This document shows positions 1 to 12,656 of a stretch of DNA of 64,000 nt, piece after piece; the first letter of the stretch is position 1; each line of letters opens with the position of its first letter. Under the pieces are notes generated by a model, which was not told the origin of the DNA, made no database searches, and saw only the letters and a program-made list of their open reading frames with translations. The DNA comes from Blepharisma stoltei ATCC 30299. Lineage: Eukaryota; Protista; Ciliophora. The position numbers and the translations under genes were made by a program. The stretch spans positions 248,001-312,000 of the forward strand of contig CBFDEM010000047.1 of the NCBI GenBank assembly GCA_965603825.1, in the 5' to 3' direction.

Positions 1-306
1 AATTTATAACTGGATTTAATAAAAAGTGACCCAAATATATTTTGTTTAATTTTTCATAAATAATCCCCTAGCCATTCCCTAAATTTGTTTCCGAATTCAT
101 AGGCTAAATAAGTAAATTGAGCAATAATCAAAAGAGAAAACTATAAAAGCTTGTCTATTATTAATTATTGTCTATTTATTCGAATTAATTTTTTCCAAAT
201 TAATCATATAAAAAATTTCAAGTTATATATTTTTAGCCATTTCTTGATGAAATTTCTTTATAAAATTAATAAGCTTATATTTAAAAAAACAGCCAAAAAT
301 CTTAAA

Positions 307-1188
307 TTATAAATGAAATCTATTGAGTTCATAAATAATTTTCACTAAATATAATTTACCTTTTTTCCAATTTAAATCCCTTTTAGCTTTTGTAAAAGAA
401 TAAAGGAATTTTTTTGAGCCTTGAGGTTCTGGAGTATAAGCTCCAACTCCTGGAACATCTCTTTTTTGAAAAGACTTATTTTTCATATAAGTATAAACAG
501 GCTTAAGAACGCTCCTATCAGTTTTATATTGATCAGGAACCGGGCTATCTTGATCCATCATTTCTTGATAATAGACTCTCCTTGTCCTCTCTGTTGAGCA
601 AAATCTGAAATTAAACTTTGTGCTTGAATCTAAACACTTCGGCGCAGGAGAAGGATCTTTTGTATGATAAAGTGGTGGCGTCTTGCTCGGGTTAAATTTT
701 ACAGTTGGAGTAACAGGGAGTTTTCATGCATATTTTGGCCCTGGAGATCTGTCGAAATATTCCTGAAAATTTATCAGTCTATTCACTTTCGCTCTGTTAA
801 ATCGTGTTGCTGGAGGATTTGGCATAACTTTTTCAGCTTTAGGCGTATACGTAAAAGCAGACGGCGAATCAGGCGACTTTTTCAATCTTAAATTCGCTTT
901 TGGAAATTTAACTGTAGGAATTCTCTGTTTGTTCGACAAAAACTCATCACTGGCATCATAAGTCCCTGGTCCGATTTCTTCATCAGAAGACGAGCTTGGC
1001 ATTCTTTTTGGCTTTGATAACTCTCTCAGCCTTTCTTCAGAGTATTTGTAAATTTTCTTGTCTCTTTCAACACTTTTATTTAAATCGATTCTTCTGTTGA
1101 ATTTTTTTATTTTAGGTTGGCTTTGAGAAATTGTCAGCAAATTGTTCCACTCGTCTTGTGAGAAGTAATCATATGGAGATTTAGACAT
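307..1188 (-). CDS. SHIPPO-1/ODF3-like PGP-repeat ciliary protein
   Basis: ORFs 724..1200 and 307..561 are in frame and joined by TGA(Trp) at 724-726. Repeated motifs IGPGTYD, SPSAFTY, SPGPKY, SPVPDQY, PGVGAY. First ATG 1188. Possible in-frame 15-nt intron 345-359. Confidence 0.75.
345..359 (-). other. candidate 15-nt intron (GTAAATTATATTTAG), in frame, no stop
   Basis: Matches the GTAA-n5-A-n3-AG pattern of the other introns; not required for ORF continuity. Confidence 0.55.
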
Positions 1189-1377
1189 ATATGATTCCAA
1201 GAAAATGAGAATTTTTATAACTTAATTTGAAGGTTTTAAGCGCAGCTTCTTCAATATAACTGTAGTGAAGGGCGTTTTAGAGGAAAATACTGAGTTTTTG
1301 CTATCATAAAAATTGGAGACAAATATCAATAAAATTCAAGTGATAATAGTCAGTTCTTAAAATGAAAATATTTATAT

Positions 1378-1881
1378 ATGGACCAAAGTCTTAAACTCAA
1401 CAAATCTGCAATGAAAGCTCAGCCTATAAGGCGAGCTGTTAAATCTTTTACTATTGTACCTCAAATTTCGTTATACAAGCTTAATGATCAGTCTCCAGAG
1501 CCTACATCAGGCAGCTCTCTTTTCCCTTCGATTACAAAAACGATGAATAAATCTTCAACGACAGGCAGACTTAGCTCAATTGAAGCTAAGCCAATAAACT
1601 TACAGTCTAAGTTAAAAGCAAATACGCACAGAAGAAAACTGTCCCAGCCCTTGAGCCCTACATCAGAAAGGCTATCACATTTGTATGTGTCTCAGCTATT
1701 TTCTTCAAGCAGTAAGAAACAAACGGTTCATTTAAGGAGTTCTACTAAATACAGCGAATGAGAAATTCAGGATGCTTTAAGAAACCCGAAGAAAAAAGAT
1801 ATAAGGAAAGGAAGGCTGAAGTTAGTGGCCTCATTGAAATCATTAAAGATGTTTGAACCGAGAGAAGTAACGTGGGTTTAG
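1378..1881 (+). CDS. hypothetical basic Ser/Lys-rich protein
   Basis: ORF 1378..1761 continues through TGA (Trp) to TAG at 1879-1881. Confidence 0.6.
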
Positions 1882-2341
1882 AGTAAACTTATTTATCGAT
1901 AGATTTTAAATTTTTTTGAAGCTTGATATGTGACTACTTTTATAAATATAGATTTTTATATATAAGAGGTGAAAATATTGTTTGGAGAATGTATAAAAAA
2001 TGTTTTAGTGTAAATTTTAGGGTAGGGTTATAGTTAATTTATTAATTATGCTAAGATCATCAAATAAATATTTTTATTATGGGCTCGAATGCTAAATATT
2101 ATTGATCCCACTCAAATATAATGGATTTTGAGTTTATTTTAAAATTTCAAGGCAATGGAGTGCTAGTTGCAAAATTATTCATAGAAAATGAATAAAATAA
2201 TTGAAAGATATAACATCGAAATTTTATTAATTAATTAAAGCGTAGGAACTTAAAATGGCATTATTATATATCATACCCTCTAAAGACCATCATATTATCT
2301 TGCATTTGTGATAAATATTGCATTTAGTAACTTTAAATTAG

Positions 2342-2890
2342 TTATTGCCCTTCTTGTCAATACATCTCAGTAAATTGCTGCTGTTTTATTAAATCCTGAG
2401 GAGTAACAGAAGATCTGATTGTATCCAAAATCCTAAAAAAATCATTGGCATCAACTTCACTAGGTTTAAGGGCTGACCAATTAGCATAAAAGGCAAAAAT
2501 GGGTTGCTCTTTGGGATTTCTTACAGTCTCCATTAATGTTACTCTCATAGTTGTAATGATATCAGATCCTAAGTATCCTTCAGTTTTGCTTGCATGCTCA
2601 TTCAAGCCTTATTCAGTCAAATTATAAGACGTATCTCCTAAATTCAGCTTAAACATATGAGCCCTGCAGGCACATCTGACAACTGAATATAAACCCTCCT
2701 TTCAAAGCATCTTATAATTGCTGGATCAAGCTCCTATTTTATATTTGTGGCACCTAGCATTAAAATTCCTTCTTCATTATGCCCAAGTCCTTACATTTTT
2801 ACTAAAATTCTCCTGGCCGAGTCATTTTCGTATTCATTTCTGCTTCCATTAAATGAATCTATTTTATCAATAAAAATGATAACAAGCTTG
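2342..2890 (-). pseudogene. VPS4-like AAA+ ATPase pseudogene (3' part)
   Basis: Reads IIFIDKIDS..SARRI..LVKM*G..ILMLGATNIK*ELDPAI..FERRVYI, then a frameshift, then TEGYLGSDI..SVTPQDL..FTEMY.QEG. Premature TAA (2791-2793) and TAG (2734-2736), Walker B DE->DK, no Walker A or N-terminus. Confidence 0.8.
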
Positions 2891-3194
2891 CCTAAATAAA
2901 CTATTTGTTTATTGAAATTCTGATATTGAAGTAAAAAATGCTTATTTATCATTAAAATTGAAATCCTTCTTAAATTTAAATTATAAGCATTTATTTGATG
3001 GAATATTAAATAAAGATTTTCAATCGCAATTAATTGCTTAGAAAATTTTCAAATGTGATAATTCCACAAATTTAAAGGCCTAATAAAGCTCATGTGACGA
3101 TTTATTACATAATCCCAATGAAGATAAAAGAAGTATTATTAAAATTGAAATTCAATATCTGCCATTAAATTATCTCAGAATTAATAGATTAAAA

Positions 3195-4040
3195 ATGTCT
3201 AGATCCGTAGTCAGAATAGTCAATCCTCTTGAATTATCAGAAGGCGTTGGTGCACGCGTAAAGCGTGTAATCGGTACTTCTCAATTAAAGAACTTAGATC
3301 CTTTTCTTATGATGGACCACTTTTTTGTTAGCAAGCCTGCAGGTTTCCCTGACCATCCTCACAGAGGCTTTGAGACTGTAACATATATGCTTCAAGGAAG
3401 TTGCAAGCATGAAGACTTCAGAGGCAATATAGGTGAAATATCGCAAGGAGGCATTCAATGGATGACGGCAGGCAGAGGAATTATGCATTCTGAGATGCCA
3501 GGAACAAATGAAATGGAAGGAATTCAGATTTGGGTTAATTTGAGCAGAGAAAATAAACTTTGTGAGCCTTCATATCAAGATGCAAAAGAAAGCGAAATCC
3601 TCAAAGTTCAAGAAAGTGGCATAAGGGTGGCGATTATTGCAGGGAATAGCTTAGGCAAAGCAGCTTCAACAATAACAAGGACTCCTGCAATATTTTTAGA
3701 TGTTGAGATGGATCCTAATAAAGAGTTTATTCAAGAGATTGCAGATGAATGAAATGGATTTTTATATGTTCTTAATGGGTCTGTGATCATTAAAGATAAG
3801 ACTATATCAAAAAATCAAGCTGGAATATTAAGCCAAAGTGGGGAACTTAAAGTTGAGTCAATTGAAGGTGCAAGATTTTTGTTACTTGCTGGGCTGCCTT
3901 TAAATGAGCCAATAGTTCAGCATGGACCAATTGTGATGAACTCTTATTTGGAAATTGAGCAAGCCTTTGAAGATTATAGAAATGCAAAAAATGGGTTTGA
4001 AGGAGCCCTTACTTGGAATTCTAAATTTAAGCTTCAATAG
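3195..4040 (+). CDS. PIR: pirin (cupin-fold)
   Basis: DPFLMMDH, GFPDHPHRGFETVTY, QWMTAGRGIMHSEMP, EPIVQHGPIVMN. Internal TGA 3750-3752 gives the conserved W-N-G-F-L-Y-V. Confidence 0.95.
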
Positions 4041-4483
4041 CAAATAAAGCAATAATTTTCCTCTATTTCAATGCAATTAGGCTCTCAAAGATTAAATATC
4101 GTTCATTTTTATATTATGATTGTATCCGGTAAATTCATAATTTTGCAATTATAAGATTGTCAATTTATTTGTAAAGCCTTATAAAAACTATAAAGCTAAT
4201 ATATTTGTTTCAATAGTACACACCTTTGATAAGGAGCAAAGGATAATTGCATTATTTTGCAATGGCTCACCTAGGCGATTATTAAAAGGAACAGATATTC
4301 CATTTATTTCATTTTTTTATAAGAAGTTCTTTAACTATATTTTTGAATTCAGTATCCCAATTAAGTAAACTACACATTAAAATCTAAATTTATGTCATCA
4401 ATGCAATATAAATCAATAATATTGTGTTCTGTTTAATTTAAATATAAAGTATGTGTCAGTAAAGCAGAAAATAATAAATATAC

Positions 4484-5644
4484 ATGGAGGACGAAAATAT
4501 TATCCTCTGCGATAAATACTCATTAGGCAAAAAAATCGGCGAAGGATCCTTCGGAGAGATTTATTTTGGAATCGATATTGAAACAAAAAGAGAAGTCGCC
4601 GTCAAAGTAGAGCCACCATCAATTAATGTTCCTCAATTAATTGCAGAAGCCAAAATCATACGCTCTCTCGATAAAGGCATTGGAATTCCAAAAGTGATAT
4701 GATACGGAACCAGAGAAACCACAAACTATATGGTCATGGAAATGCTAGGACAATCTTTAGAAGACAAGTTTAAATTATGCAATCGAAAATTTTCTATCAA
4801 AACAACAGTTATGATAGCAGATCAAATAATAACGAGAATAGAATATGTACATACAAACAGTATCATTCATAGAGATATAAAGCCTGACAATTTCATGACT
4901 GGAATTAACAAAAGAGCGAATTTAATTTATATCATCGATTTCGGATTAAGCAAAAAATACCGAGACCCCAAAACAAAGCAGCATATCCCATATAAAGAAA
5001 ATAGAAGTCTTACGGGGACTGCCCGCTATGCAAGTGTGAATGCACATATGGGGATTGAGCTGAGTAGAAGAGATGATTTAGAAAGCATTGGATATTTATT
5101 TGTATATTTCACAAAAGGAGAGCTGCCTTGGCAACGAATTCAATGTGATGGGAAAAAAGAAAAGTATAAGAAAATCATGGAATCCAAGTATAGCACCCCA
5201 GTTGAAGTCTTATGCAGAGGACTTCCTATAGAGTTTGTAGAGTACTTGCTTTATTGCAAGTCATTAAGATTTGACGAAAAGCCTGATTACGATTATTTAA
5301 GAGGGCTGCTCAGAAAAGTAGCGCTTGACCAGAATTTTACATTAGATCTGGAGTTTGACTGGATTATTATTGACAAAAAAACACATCAAAGTGAAACTGC
5401 TGACTCCAGCTTTGTGAGGACAAGACCTAAATATCATAGAGTTCCTCAGCCCTTTCCATATGATATGGGCCAGGAATCAGACTCGCAAAATGATTCAAAA
5501 ACAATCACGAGGCAGTCATATATTGGCCCAGAATTTAATGATAAACAGAAAATTTTAGATGGCCGTAGAGACTTCCTAGATCGATCATTTATTAGAAGAA
5601 ATAGTGTTCGAGAGAAGGCTAATAAAAGCTGTCATATATTTTAA
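4484..5644 (+). CDS. casein kinase 1 family kinase with C-terminal CaaX-like end
   Basis: [45 protein letters not shown] 4700-4702 gives PKVI-W-YG. Ends CHIF*. Confidence 0.95.
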
Positions 5645-6236
5645 TTGTTAAGAAATTTTGTTTATTTAGCTATAAATAATTTTCTAATGCCTGATTTAAT
5701 TTAAATTTATTAATGCTTGTCATAAAATAGTCATTTTAAAATTTTCATTTGAATTAATATCAGATAACTTATGGCTGAATTTTGATTAATTTTAATTTGA
5801 ATTCTAAGCTATCCATTATCAAGTATTCAAAGCCCTTATATTAGAAAATTACTTGGCAATAATTTTTTATAGTCATAATTTCGAAAAAAATTATACTTCT
5901 CCAAATTTTAAGTGAAAATTAAAATCATTTTGTTTTCTAAAAACTTTTTTTTTGGGTTTACGCTTATTATCATTTTCAGGATTTTTTTTGAATTAATGGA
6001 ATATCAGATTTTTATCAAGAAGATTTGCGCTAAAAAATAATAAATCAAGAAGGGTTGAAAATTTTCTATTAAATTTCCAAATTTCATATTTACTTCATAT
6101 TATCTTCAGTTCAGCATATAAATATGGACGGATAAAGTGCACGATACCAAGTGGTCGAATTGTTTACTGTATGAATTAAAATAATTAAATTGCTTAAAAT
6201 AAAACAAATGAATTCAGTTGGCTTATAAACATTAAA

Positions 6237-8627
6237 ATGGCTTCTCTCCTTTCGGGTAATCAAAACAGACGTCAGTTCAATAAAAAACCAAAACCTCAAC
6301 CAACTGCAAAGACTCAAAAACCTTCATACCAAACAGAGGCAGAACAATTTATCTGCTCCTCTAAAGAAGGTGAAGAGTTTCGCAGAGATCGATTATTCAT
6401 ATCAGACTTAATGAATAAGATCGGGATAATCATCCCAGACAGTCAACAAGGCTTGCAAGAAAAGCAGCTCAAGCCTAAAGTGAAGCAACACCAAGCTCCA
6501 TCCTCAGAAACTCCTGTGAATCTGGTAGCCACTTTGCAAAACGTTCAGTCCTTTTTGAATAAAAGATCCCTCTATCAGCGATCAAAAGTCGCCGAGCTCC
6601 CTCGCCAAGAATCAAATGCAAACCAAGAAAATCTGACGATTTTCGCCCTCAGAAACATCACTGCGCTCTTCAGCAAGGAAAACTCCAGCATGCTCTTCGA
6701 CTCATGGCCATTGATTTTCCCAGGTGAAAACATCCTCGGAAATTGTCCAGAAAAATTCATCAGTCAGCCTCCAATGACTTTTCTCCTCATAAACGATGCT
6801 TCCACTAGAATCCGTATGGAAGTCGCTTCAGCAATGGCTTCAATAATAACAAACTCTCCATTGCTAAAATGGCAAGACAACATCGAAAACTCAGGGGCGG
6901 CCCATGCATTAAATTCGCTTTCCCATTCTTTGGAAGGAATAATTTATAACCTGCATGAAGCTTTGGCTTACATTTTGTCCAGAAATGAGCCAAAAGAAAT
7001 CGTGCTCTCTGTATTAAAAACCGCAGAAGCACTAATCGGGAACACTTCTTATGCCAAATTTTCAGGAATGTCACTGCCTCCTCTCATTAGTGCTGTTATA
7101 AGCAAATTTGATGAGAATGATGCTGACATTACCAAAGCAGCCATTTCTGTGCTTGTCTGTGCATTTAAAGAAAATGTTGAAGAAATGGTTCAGTTCCTGA
7201 CACCTCAGTTTATGCACATTTTCATAGGATCTAGCACTCTCTTGAAAGAAAAGCTTGAGCTTTTGGCAAAAATTGCAAGAAATTACTCAGTCCATCTTGA
7301 TTTCTTGATAGACTGGCTGAAGCAAAAATTAGATGACCTCTTGGTATGTGACGAGCCTGACATCCAAAGGGCAGCTTTTAAAGTTATTGAAGAGTACATA
7401 AGAGGGAATCAGAACTGCCCATTGATTGGCTTGGCTATTAACAAGATGTTTTATTTAATTAAGAAAAAGAAACTCGATGAGCTAAGCTACGCATTTGATG
7501 TCTTGACAGTTTTGCAAGACTTCAGCCACTTTTCAAGCGATCAGTTTGACGAGTTTTTGAGGTTCCTTAAGCACTATGAAAGATCCCAGGCCCCTTATTT
7601 CCTTAGAAGCAGCTTATTAAAGCTGATTGGGACCTTATTTAAAACCAAAACTATGCCAAAATTTTTCTGCTCAACCGCTCTCAACATCATAGCAAACCAC
7701 AAGGAATCCAAAGACCTCAAAGTTGCTATCAGTGGAGCCTCAGCAATCTCAAGCTTCTGTACTAACCCACTTTGCTTGGACAGACTTGACTTAGTTTACA
7801 AGATGATCAACGAAAACAGCCAAAACAAGAAAGAAAAAATAGTTTCAAACGCAATTATTTCAATAGGAAATTTGTTCAAAAATTACTCACGGTCAGACCT
7901 CGGAGACTTATTTAAAGAATTTTTCGAAATCTGCGTTCAAGGACTCTCCCATAAAAACGCCAAAGTTGGCTGGGACTCATGCAGAGCCCTTTTCGAGTTC
8001 TTTGGAAATAAAAATATGCCACACAGTGAAGTGGCTGATATTTTAATTCCTGTGCTTATAGCTACAATCAGAGACCAGAAAAACTATAAAACAAAATGGA
8101 AAGCAGCTCAGATGCTGAGAAAATTCACCACTGAGCTATGTGACAGATCGTTGGAAATCTTACAAGTTTTGATTGCTGGACTCGAATCAACCAAGAGCTC
8201 TTTAGTTTTCGATGCAAAAACTTTGAAATATGAGAGAGGGTTCAGACAAGAAGCAATCAATTGTATAGTGTATATTATGGAAAATGTCCAAGAGTTGAGC
8301 CCAGAGCTTGTAATATATTTGTCACAGCATAGCTGGGAAATCTACGAATGGCTTGAATGGATGGTTTCTGATGTGATCAGAACAAGCTTCGACTCGAACC
8401 CTGCTGAGCATCCAGCTATTGAGTCAATCAAGGATTTTTCAGAAAAAATTTTAGCCTGGGTATCAAAATGTGAAGGAATTCAGATCTCCTTTGGGTTGCT
8501 AGAAAAATACAGAAAATTATCACTCTTCAGCGAAAGCAAAATTTTCAAGTATTCAGCACAACCAAATATCGAGAAAAAATGTGACTTTCTTCCAATAAGA
8601 AATCCATTTAGCAACCAATTCATATAG
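6237..8627 (+). CDS. HEAT/ARM-repeat protein, HEATR6-like
   Basis: 796-aa helical ORF. NAKVGWDSCRAL and NYKTKWKAAQML resemble the HEATR6 KVRWNAC / NFKVRI motifs. Confidence 0.65.
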   Translation: MASLLSGNQNRRQFNKKPKPQPTAKTQKPSYQTEAEQFICSSKEGEEFRRDRLFISDLMNKIGIIIPDSQQGLQEKQLKPKVKQHQAPSSETPVNLVATLQNVQSFLNKRSLYQRSKVAELPRQESNANQENLTIFALRNITALFSKENSSMLFDSWPLIFPGENILGNCPEKFISQPPMTFLLINDASTRIRMEVASAMASIITNSPLLKWQDNIENSGAAHALNSLSHSLEGIIYNLHEALAYILSRNEPKEIVLSVLKTAEALIGNTSYAKFSGMSLPPLISAVISKFDENDADITKAAISVLVCAFKENVEEMVQFLTPQFMHIFIGSSTLLKEKLELLAKIARNYSVHLDFLIDWLKQKLDDLLVCDEPDIQRAAFKVIEEYIRGNQNCPLIGLAINKMFYLIKKKKLDELSYAFDVLTVLQDFSHFSSDQFDEFLRFLKHYERSQAPYFLRSSLLKLIGTLFKTKTMPKFFCSTALNIIANHKESKDLKVAISGASAISSFCTNPLCLDRLDLVYKMINENSQNKKEKIVSNAIISIGNLFKNYSRSDLGDLFKEFFEICVQGLSHKNAKVGWDSCRALFEFFGNKNMPHSEVADILIPVLIATIRDQKNYKTKWKAAQMLRKFTTELCDRSLEILQVLIAGLESTKSSLVFDAKTLKYERGFRQEAINCIVYIMENVQELSPELVIYLSQHSWEIYEWLEWMVSDVIRTSFDSNPAEHPAIESIKDFSEKILAWVSKCEGIQISFGLLEKYRKLSLFSESKIFKYSAQPNIEKKCDFLPIRNPFSNQFI

Positions 8628-8760
8628 ATAAATAATATATATCTATTTCGTTAATAATTTCTTAGAATATCTTAGTGTCATGCTTTAAGCTTTTTGCTTC
8701 TTATTGTGCTTTTCTTATTATATATATTTCATTGGAGAATTTTAGATAATTAACAATAAA

Positions 8761-11283
8761 TTAGTTTGCTTTTTTCTTGAAGCTTAGGGGCTGGTTAGGA
8801 TGTATCGGATCATTTGAAATTTTATATCGGAGTTTAAGAGGACTGTTGCGCCGGATATCTTCATGTGGTTCCGAAGAACTTTTTATGCTTTCATAAGTAG
8901 GAATGAAAACTCTTTCAGGTTCTTTCCTCAAAGCGTATGGAATGTTCTTCTTAGTAGTGTCTGGCAGGCAAAGAGATTTTGAGTCCTTATTATGTTTAGG
9001 CTTTATCATATCTTTTTTATCAAAAGAAAGATCGGCAGGTTTTGTCTTCAACTTTTGCAAGCCTCGAGAATAAGAAAATTTTGAAAAATCTTGATTGCGG
9101 GACGCAGGACGAGTTTCTGAAGGCTGAGCACCAAAATCTTCAGGAGAAAGATCTGGGACTGCGCTTTCAGCCCTAAACCTTATACTTCTTCTATTACTTT
9201 TTGACGCAGAGTTCGCAGCTCTTGAAAAATATTTAGCCAAGCTGCTCATTGGATGTTTGGCAAGCTTTTCCTTTGAGTCAGCTTTTTTTTTCTTCGGTTG
9301 TATACTTTTGATGATTAATGGTGATTCAATTAAGCTTTCAACTTTTCTGAACGCTTTCAGAATGATTTTATTTGTCTCTACTTCTAATTCTTCTCTTTCT
9401 ACACTATACTCGTCTTCTTCTGAATCAGAGCTATCAGAATCGCTTTCAGTGTATGGCAGGTCATCTTTTATACTGTTTATTATATCTGCCATTGTTCGCT
9501 TTTTTTGTGGGGCTGTAGGGATAGTTTCTGTAGCTTCTTGCTCTTTTCGTAGCTCTTTTTCTTCATCACTCTCAGTCAGTTTATTCCTCTTTTTTAGCCT
9601 TTCAAACCTTCTTAATTCTTGGTCTTCTAGATCTCTATCACGAATCTCAATGTACTCTAGTAAAGTTTCTCCTAAATATTTGCCTAGTTTGTGTAGGCTT
9701 TCTTCAGTGAATGGATGAGTTATTCTTTCTGCATCTAAATATCCATGAGATGAAGTCTCAATTGTATAGGTGCATGGCAGCTGAAGCTCCTTTCACATTA
9801 CCAAGCGGGCTGTTTTACGCTTTTCAGCCTCATTACGAAATCGACAAGAATAATAACGAAACATGTCTGTTATTTCACTGACGAGTTTGGGAAAGACTTT
9901 GATTTTGTAGTATTTGTCAGAATGAAGAGGGTAATGTGGCCCATACATGAAGACTCCTTTTTTGGTTGAGTGAGCATGGAGATCGAAGTAAAAAGTCAGT
10001 TTTTTGTTGAGGCTTCTTTGTATTGCTTTATTTTTGAGAGAATATATGACTGGGTTTAGTTTTGGGTTTGGGTCTTGAAAGCTTCGATTAAGATCTTCTC
10101 CTGTCAAGGAGCAGCGTGTGTTTCCAGCGATCACTCCGTCGATATTCAGCATAGGGACTATTTTAAACACAACTTTTTTCCTAAGTTTTTTAGCTTTACT
10201 ACTATTCCCTGTAATAAAATTTAAAAATCCTTCCATAGCCCAAGATCCATGAGTTTCTCCTGGATGAACCCTTGCTGTCATAAAAACAAACTCTTTTTCA
10301 TAAGTGTTATTAAAATCTGTAATAGTCAATATAGGTGTATCAACTCCTCCCAAACTTTTGCAAAGCATTTCTCTCCTCACAAATTCACATTTTTCAAGCT
10401 CTTTCAATAATTTACACAATTTTGTATAGCTATAAGGTATTGAATAAGCAAAAAAGACTGCATCATTATCCTTGAATTCAAAAGAAAAGGACAATGAATA
10501 GTAATGACGGTTATTTGTTAATCTGCTTACTTTACTATGAGTATATACAATATCATAGCCACCTTTAATCCATCCAGTTTTTTCCCTATAAATGCAAGGC
10601 ATCATTCCTTGCGTGTATAAGCTATTTCTTTTAGAAAAATTGACTATATTAAACCTGACCTCTCTCATGCCGCTTTTATTGTATACTTTAAAGTAATACC
10701 ATTGATTATGTCCATAAGTGTTTGAATCAGTCCTTAAATACAAATCATATTCATTTTCCTTCGCTTTTTCAACTCGGTCTAAATTCCCACATTCAAATTT
10801 CGATGAAAATTCGAGCTCGCTTGGTGGCAGTCCTTCTCGCATTCCTGTAAAAGGAGGACCTTCTGGCTTAGTCTGACTCTTTTTCACAAGTTCTCAAGCA
10901 TGCTTTATTCTTGGATTGATAGAAAACTTATAAGTTTCAAGTCCTGAAAAAGCTTCATTGAGTTCTAAGGAGTCCTCAGGTCTATATCCGTTAAAAATAG
11001 GATTTTGTGCAGGGATTTGGTCATAGGTAAATGATAGAGGAATTGGGCCATTCTGCAGAAGCGAGTTTGGCCGTCAACTAAATAAGGGTTACCCAAATAT
11101 CATATCAGGTTCTAAACTATGTCCAGATTCCACTAATGGGATATGAGGGATTATTACGGAATCTACCTTTTCTTTCAGCTGAAAATCAAAGTTCAAGGGA
11201 GTAGGAGTTTTTTCATCCACATCTACAAGGACTTCGTCTTCTGAGTTGTGCTCGAAGCCTGAATCTTCGCTGAATTCTGTCAT
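8761..11283 (-). CDS. cytosolic carboxypeptidase (M14D, CCP/AGBL tubulin deglutamylase family)
   Basis: FSSKFECGNL, NQWYYF, FAYSIPYSY, ARVHPGE, MLNIDGV, DLNR, DLHAHS, TARLVM-W(TGA). Three listed ORFs are joined by TGA=Trp and the intron at 11078-11092. Confidence 0.92.
11078..11092 (-). other. 15-nt intron GTAACCCTTATTTAG
   Basis: Contains an in-frame TAA; removal joins the 11283 exon to the carboxypeptidase frame. Confidence 0.85.
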
Positions 11284-11396
11284 CTAGTATTTTATGAAAA
11301 TTTATTAGAATTAAGCAGATGAGTGCTAATGCTTAAAATAAAGAAGCCAAGAAGCAAAATTTAAGTTTTAGCAGAGGAAAATAGATTACCTTGCAG

Positions 11397-12002
11397 ATGT
11401 CATTTAAATTACTGCAATTTTTAATGGAAAAAGGCTCGAGCTATAAAAGAGTTTTAGAGATCTTCCAGAAGATATGCAAAGAAAAAGAAAAAACGATGAG
11501 AAAATACTCAGAGAAGAATAGTGAAGTAATTAAAGTAAAAACAGAGAAATTACCTTTGTTTTTGTATGATTTGATAGGACAAGAAAAACCGTTTAGCCGA
11601 ACATCAAAATCAAAGCTAGAAACTTCTGTCTCTAAAACGCCTGAGCCAAGCAATCGAACTGCAAATAAAATTATAAGGGAAACAACCCCTAAAGAAACAA
11701 AATTGAGATCAAGTTTAACTTATAAAGAATTCAAAGATACCCACAATTCAAGTTTTAGATTAAAACAGGAACTTAAACTGAATACTAAGATAAATAACAT
11801 AAAAAGCACAGAGCTATCACAATCAATGCCGAGACCTAGTCCTGATATTAATTTAAATAGAACATTCACTTGCCCTAAAAAAGCGAAAACATTAAGGCTC
11901 AACAAATTGATTACCCAATCTCTTCTGTCTTCAGGAAGACCTCTATTTCCTCATGCAACCAAATTTAAAAATGAGTTCATAGAGAAATATGTTTGTAATT
12001 AG
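11397..12002 (+). CDS. hypothetical basic protein
   Basis: Open ~200 codons from first ATG 11397 to TAG; divergent from the CCP gene. Confidence 0.55.
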   Translation: MSFKLLQFLMEKGSSYKRVLEIFQKICKEKEKTMRKYSEKNSEVIKVKTEKLPLFLYDLIGQEKPFSRTSKSKLETSVSKTPEPSNRTANKIIRETTPKETKLRSSLTYKEFKDTHNSSFRLKQELKLNTKINNIKSTELSQSMPRPSPDINLNRTFTCPKKAKTLRLNKLITQSLLSSGRPLFPHATKFKNEFIEKYVCN

Positions 12003-12113
12003 CTAAAAACAGGAAAAATAATAAAAAGCTAAAGAAAAGCTTAATAAAGCATGTTTAAGCAAGCAGATATATGAATCTTAGTTATAAGAAAAGATTAAAC
12101 TTATTTTACTGAT

Positions 12114-12656
12114 TTAGCTTGGCAATTCCATCTTCCAAAACCCGTCATTCAAATAATGTAAGTTTTCTATTGCAGCCCCAGTTGGGTTGCTTCTAATTTC
12201 TTCTGTACTTTTCATCATCCTTCCTATTGCAAGAGCATGGGTTTTCCCCTCAGCCATTATTGCTACGATTTCTCCTTGTTTAGCTTCTTCTATTGCTCCC
12301 CCTGCAGAAACCAGTCCAGGAGCCATAACATTAGCACCACCGATAACAAATCGGATTGCCCCTTTATCAACTTGCATTTTCTTTAGCATAAAAGGAAATT
12401 TGTGTAAAAGTTTCAAATGAGGAAACATGATATCTTCACAGTGTATGGATATAATTGTTTTCTCTACGTATGTGAATGATAAATTATTGTGAGGTGCTTT
12501 CAATTTTGCTTCGATTACTGAATGCTGCTTAGGGAAAAGAAGATCAATGTATGGCTCCATTTCAGGATGGCCTTCAAGCATTGCTGATTTTAAGCCTCTA
12601 ACATTGGAGCTTCTAAGCTGCGATGTGGTGCGAATCTCTTCTGGCTTTTTAAGCAT
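12114..12656 (-). CDS. MCTS1: MCT-1/Tma20 PUA-domain translation reinitiation factor
   Basis: FPHLKLLHKFP, VDKGAIRFVIGGANVMAPGL, HYLNDGFW. Confidence 0.92.
   Translation of the reverse strand: MLKKPEEIRTTSQLRSSNVRGLKSAMLEGHPEMEPYIDLLFPKQHSVIEAKLKAPHNNLSFTYVEKTIISIHCEDIMFPHLKLLHKFPFMLKKMQVDKGAIRFVIGGANVMAPGLVSAGGAIEEAKQGEIVAIMAEGKTHALAIGRMMKSTEEIRSNPTGAAIENLHYLNDGFWKMELPS

Noticed and set aside
1867-1881. GTAACGTGGGTTTAG as a 15-nt intron
   Set aside because: Lacks the -6 A found in every supported intron and is not needed; left unresolved.
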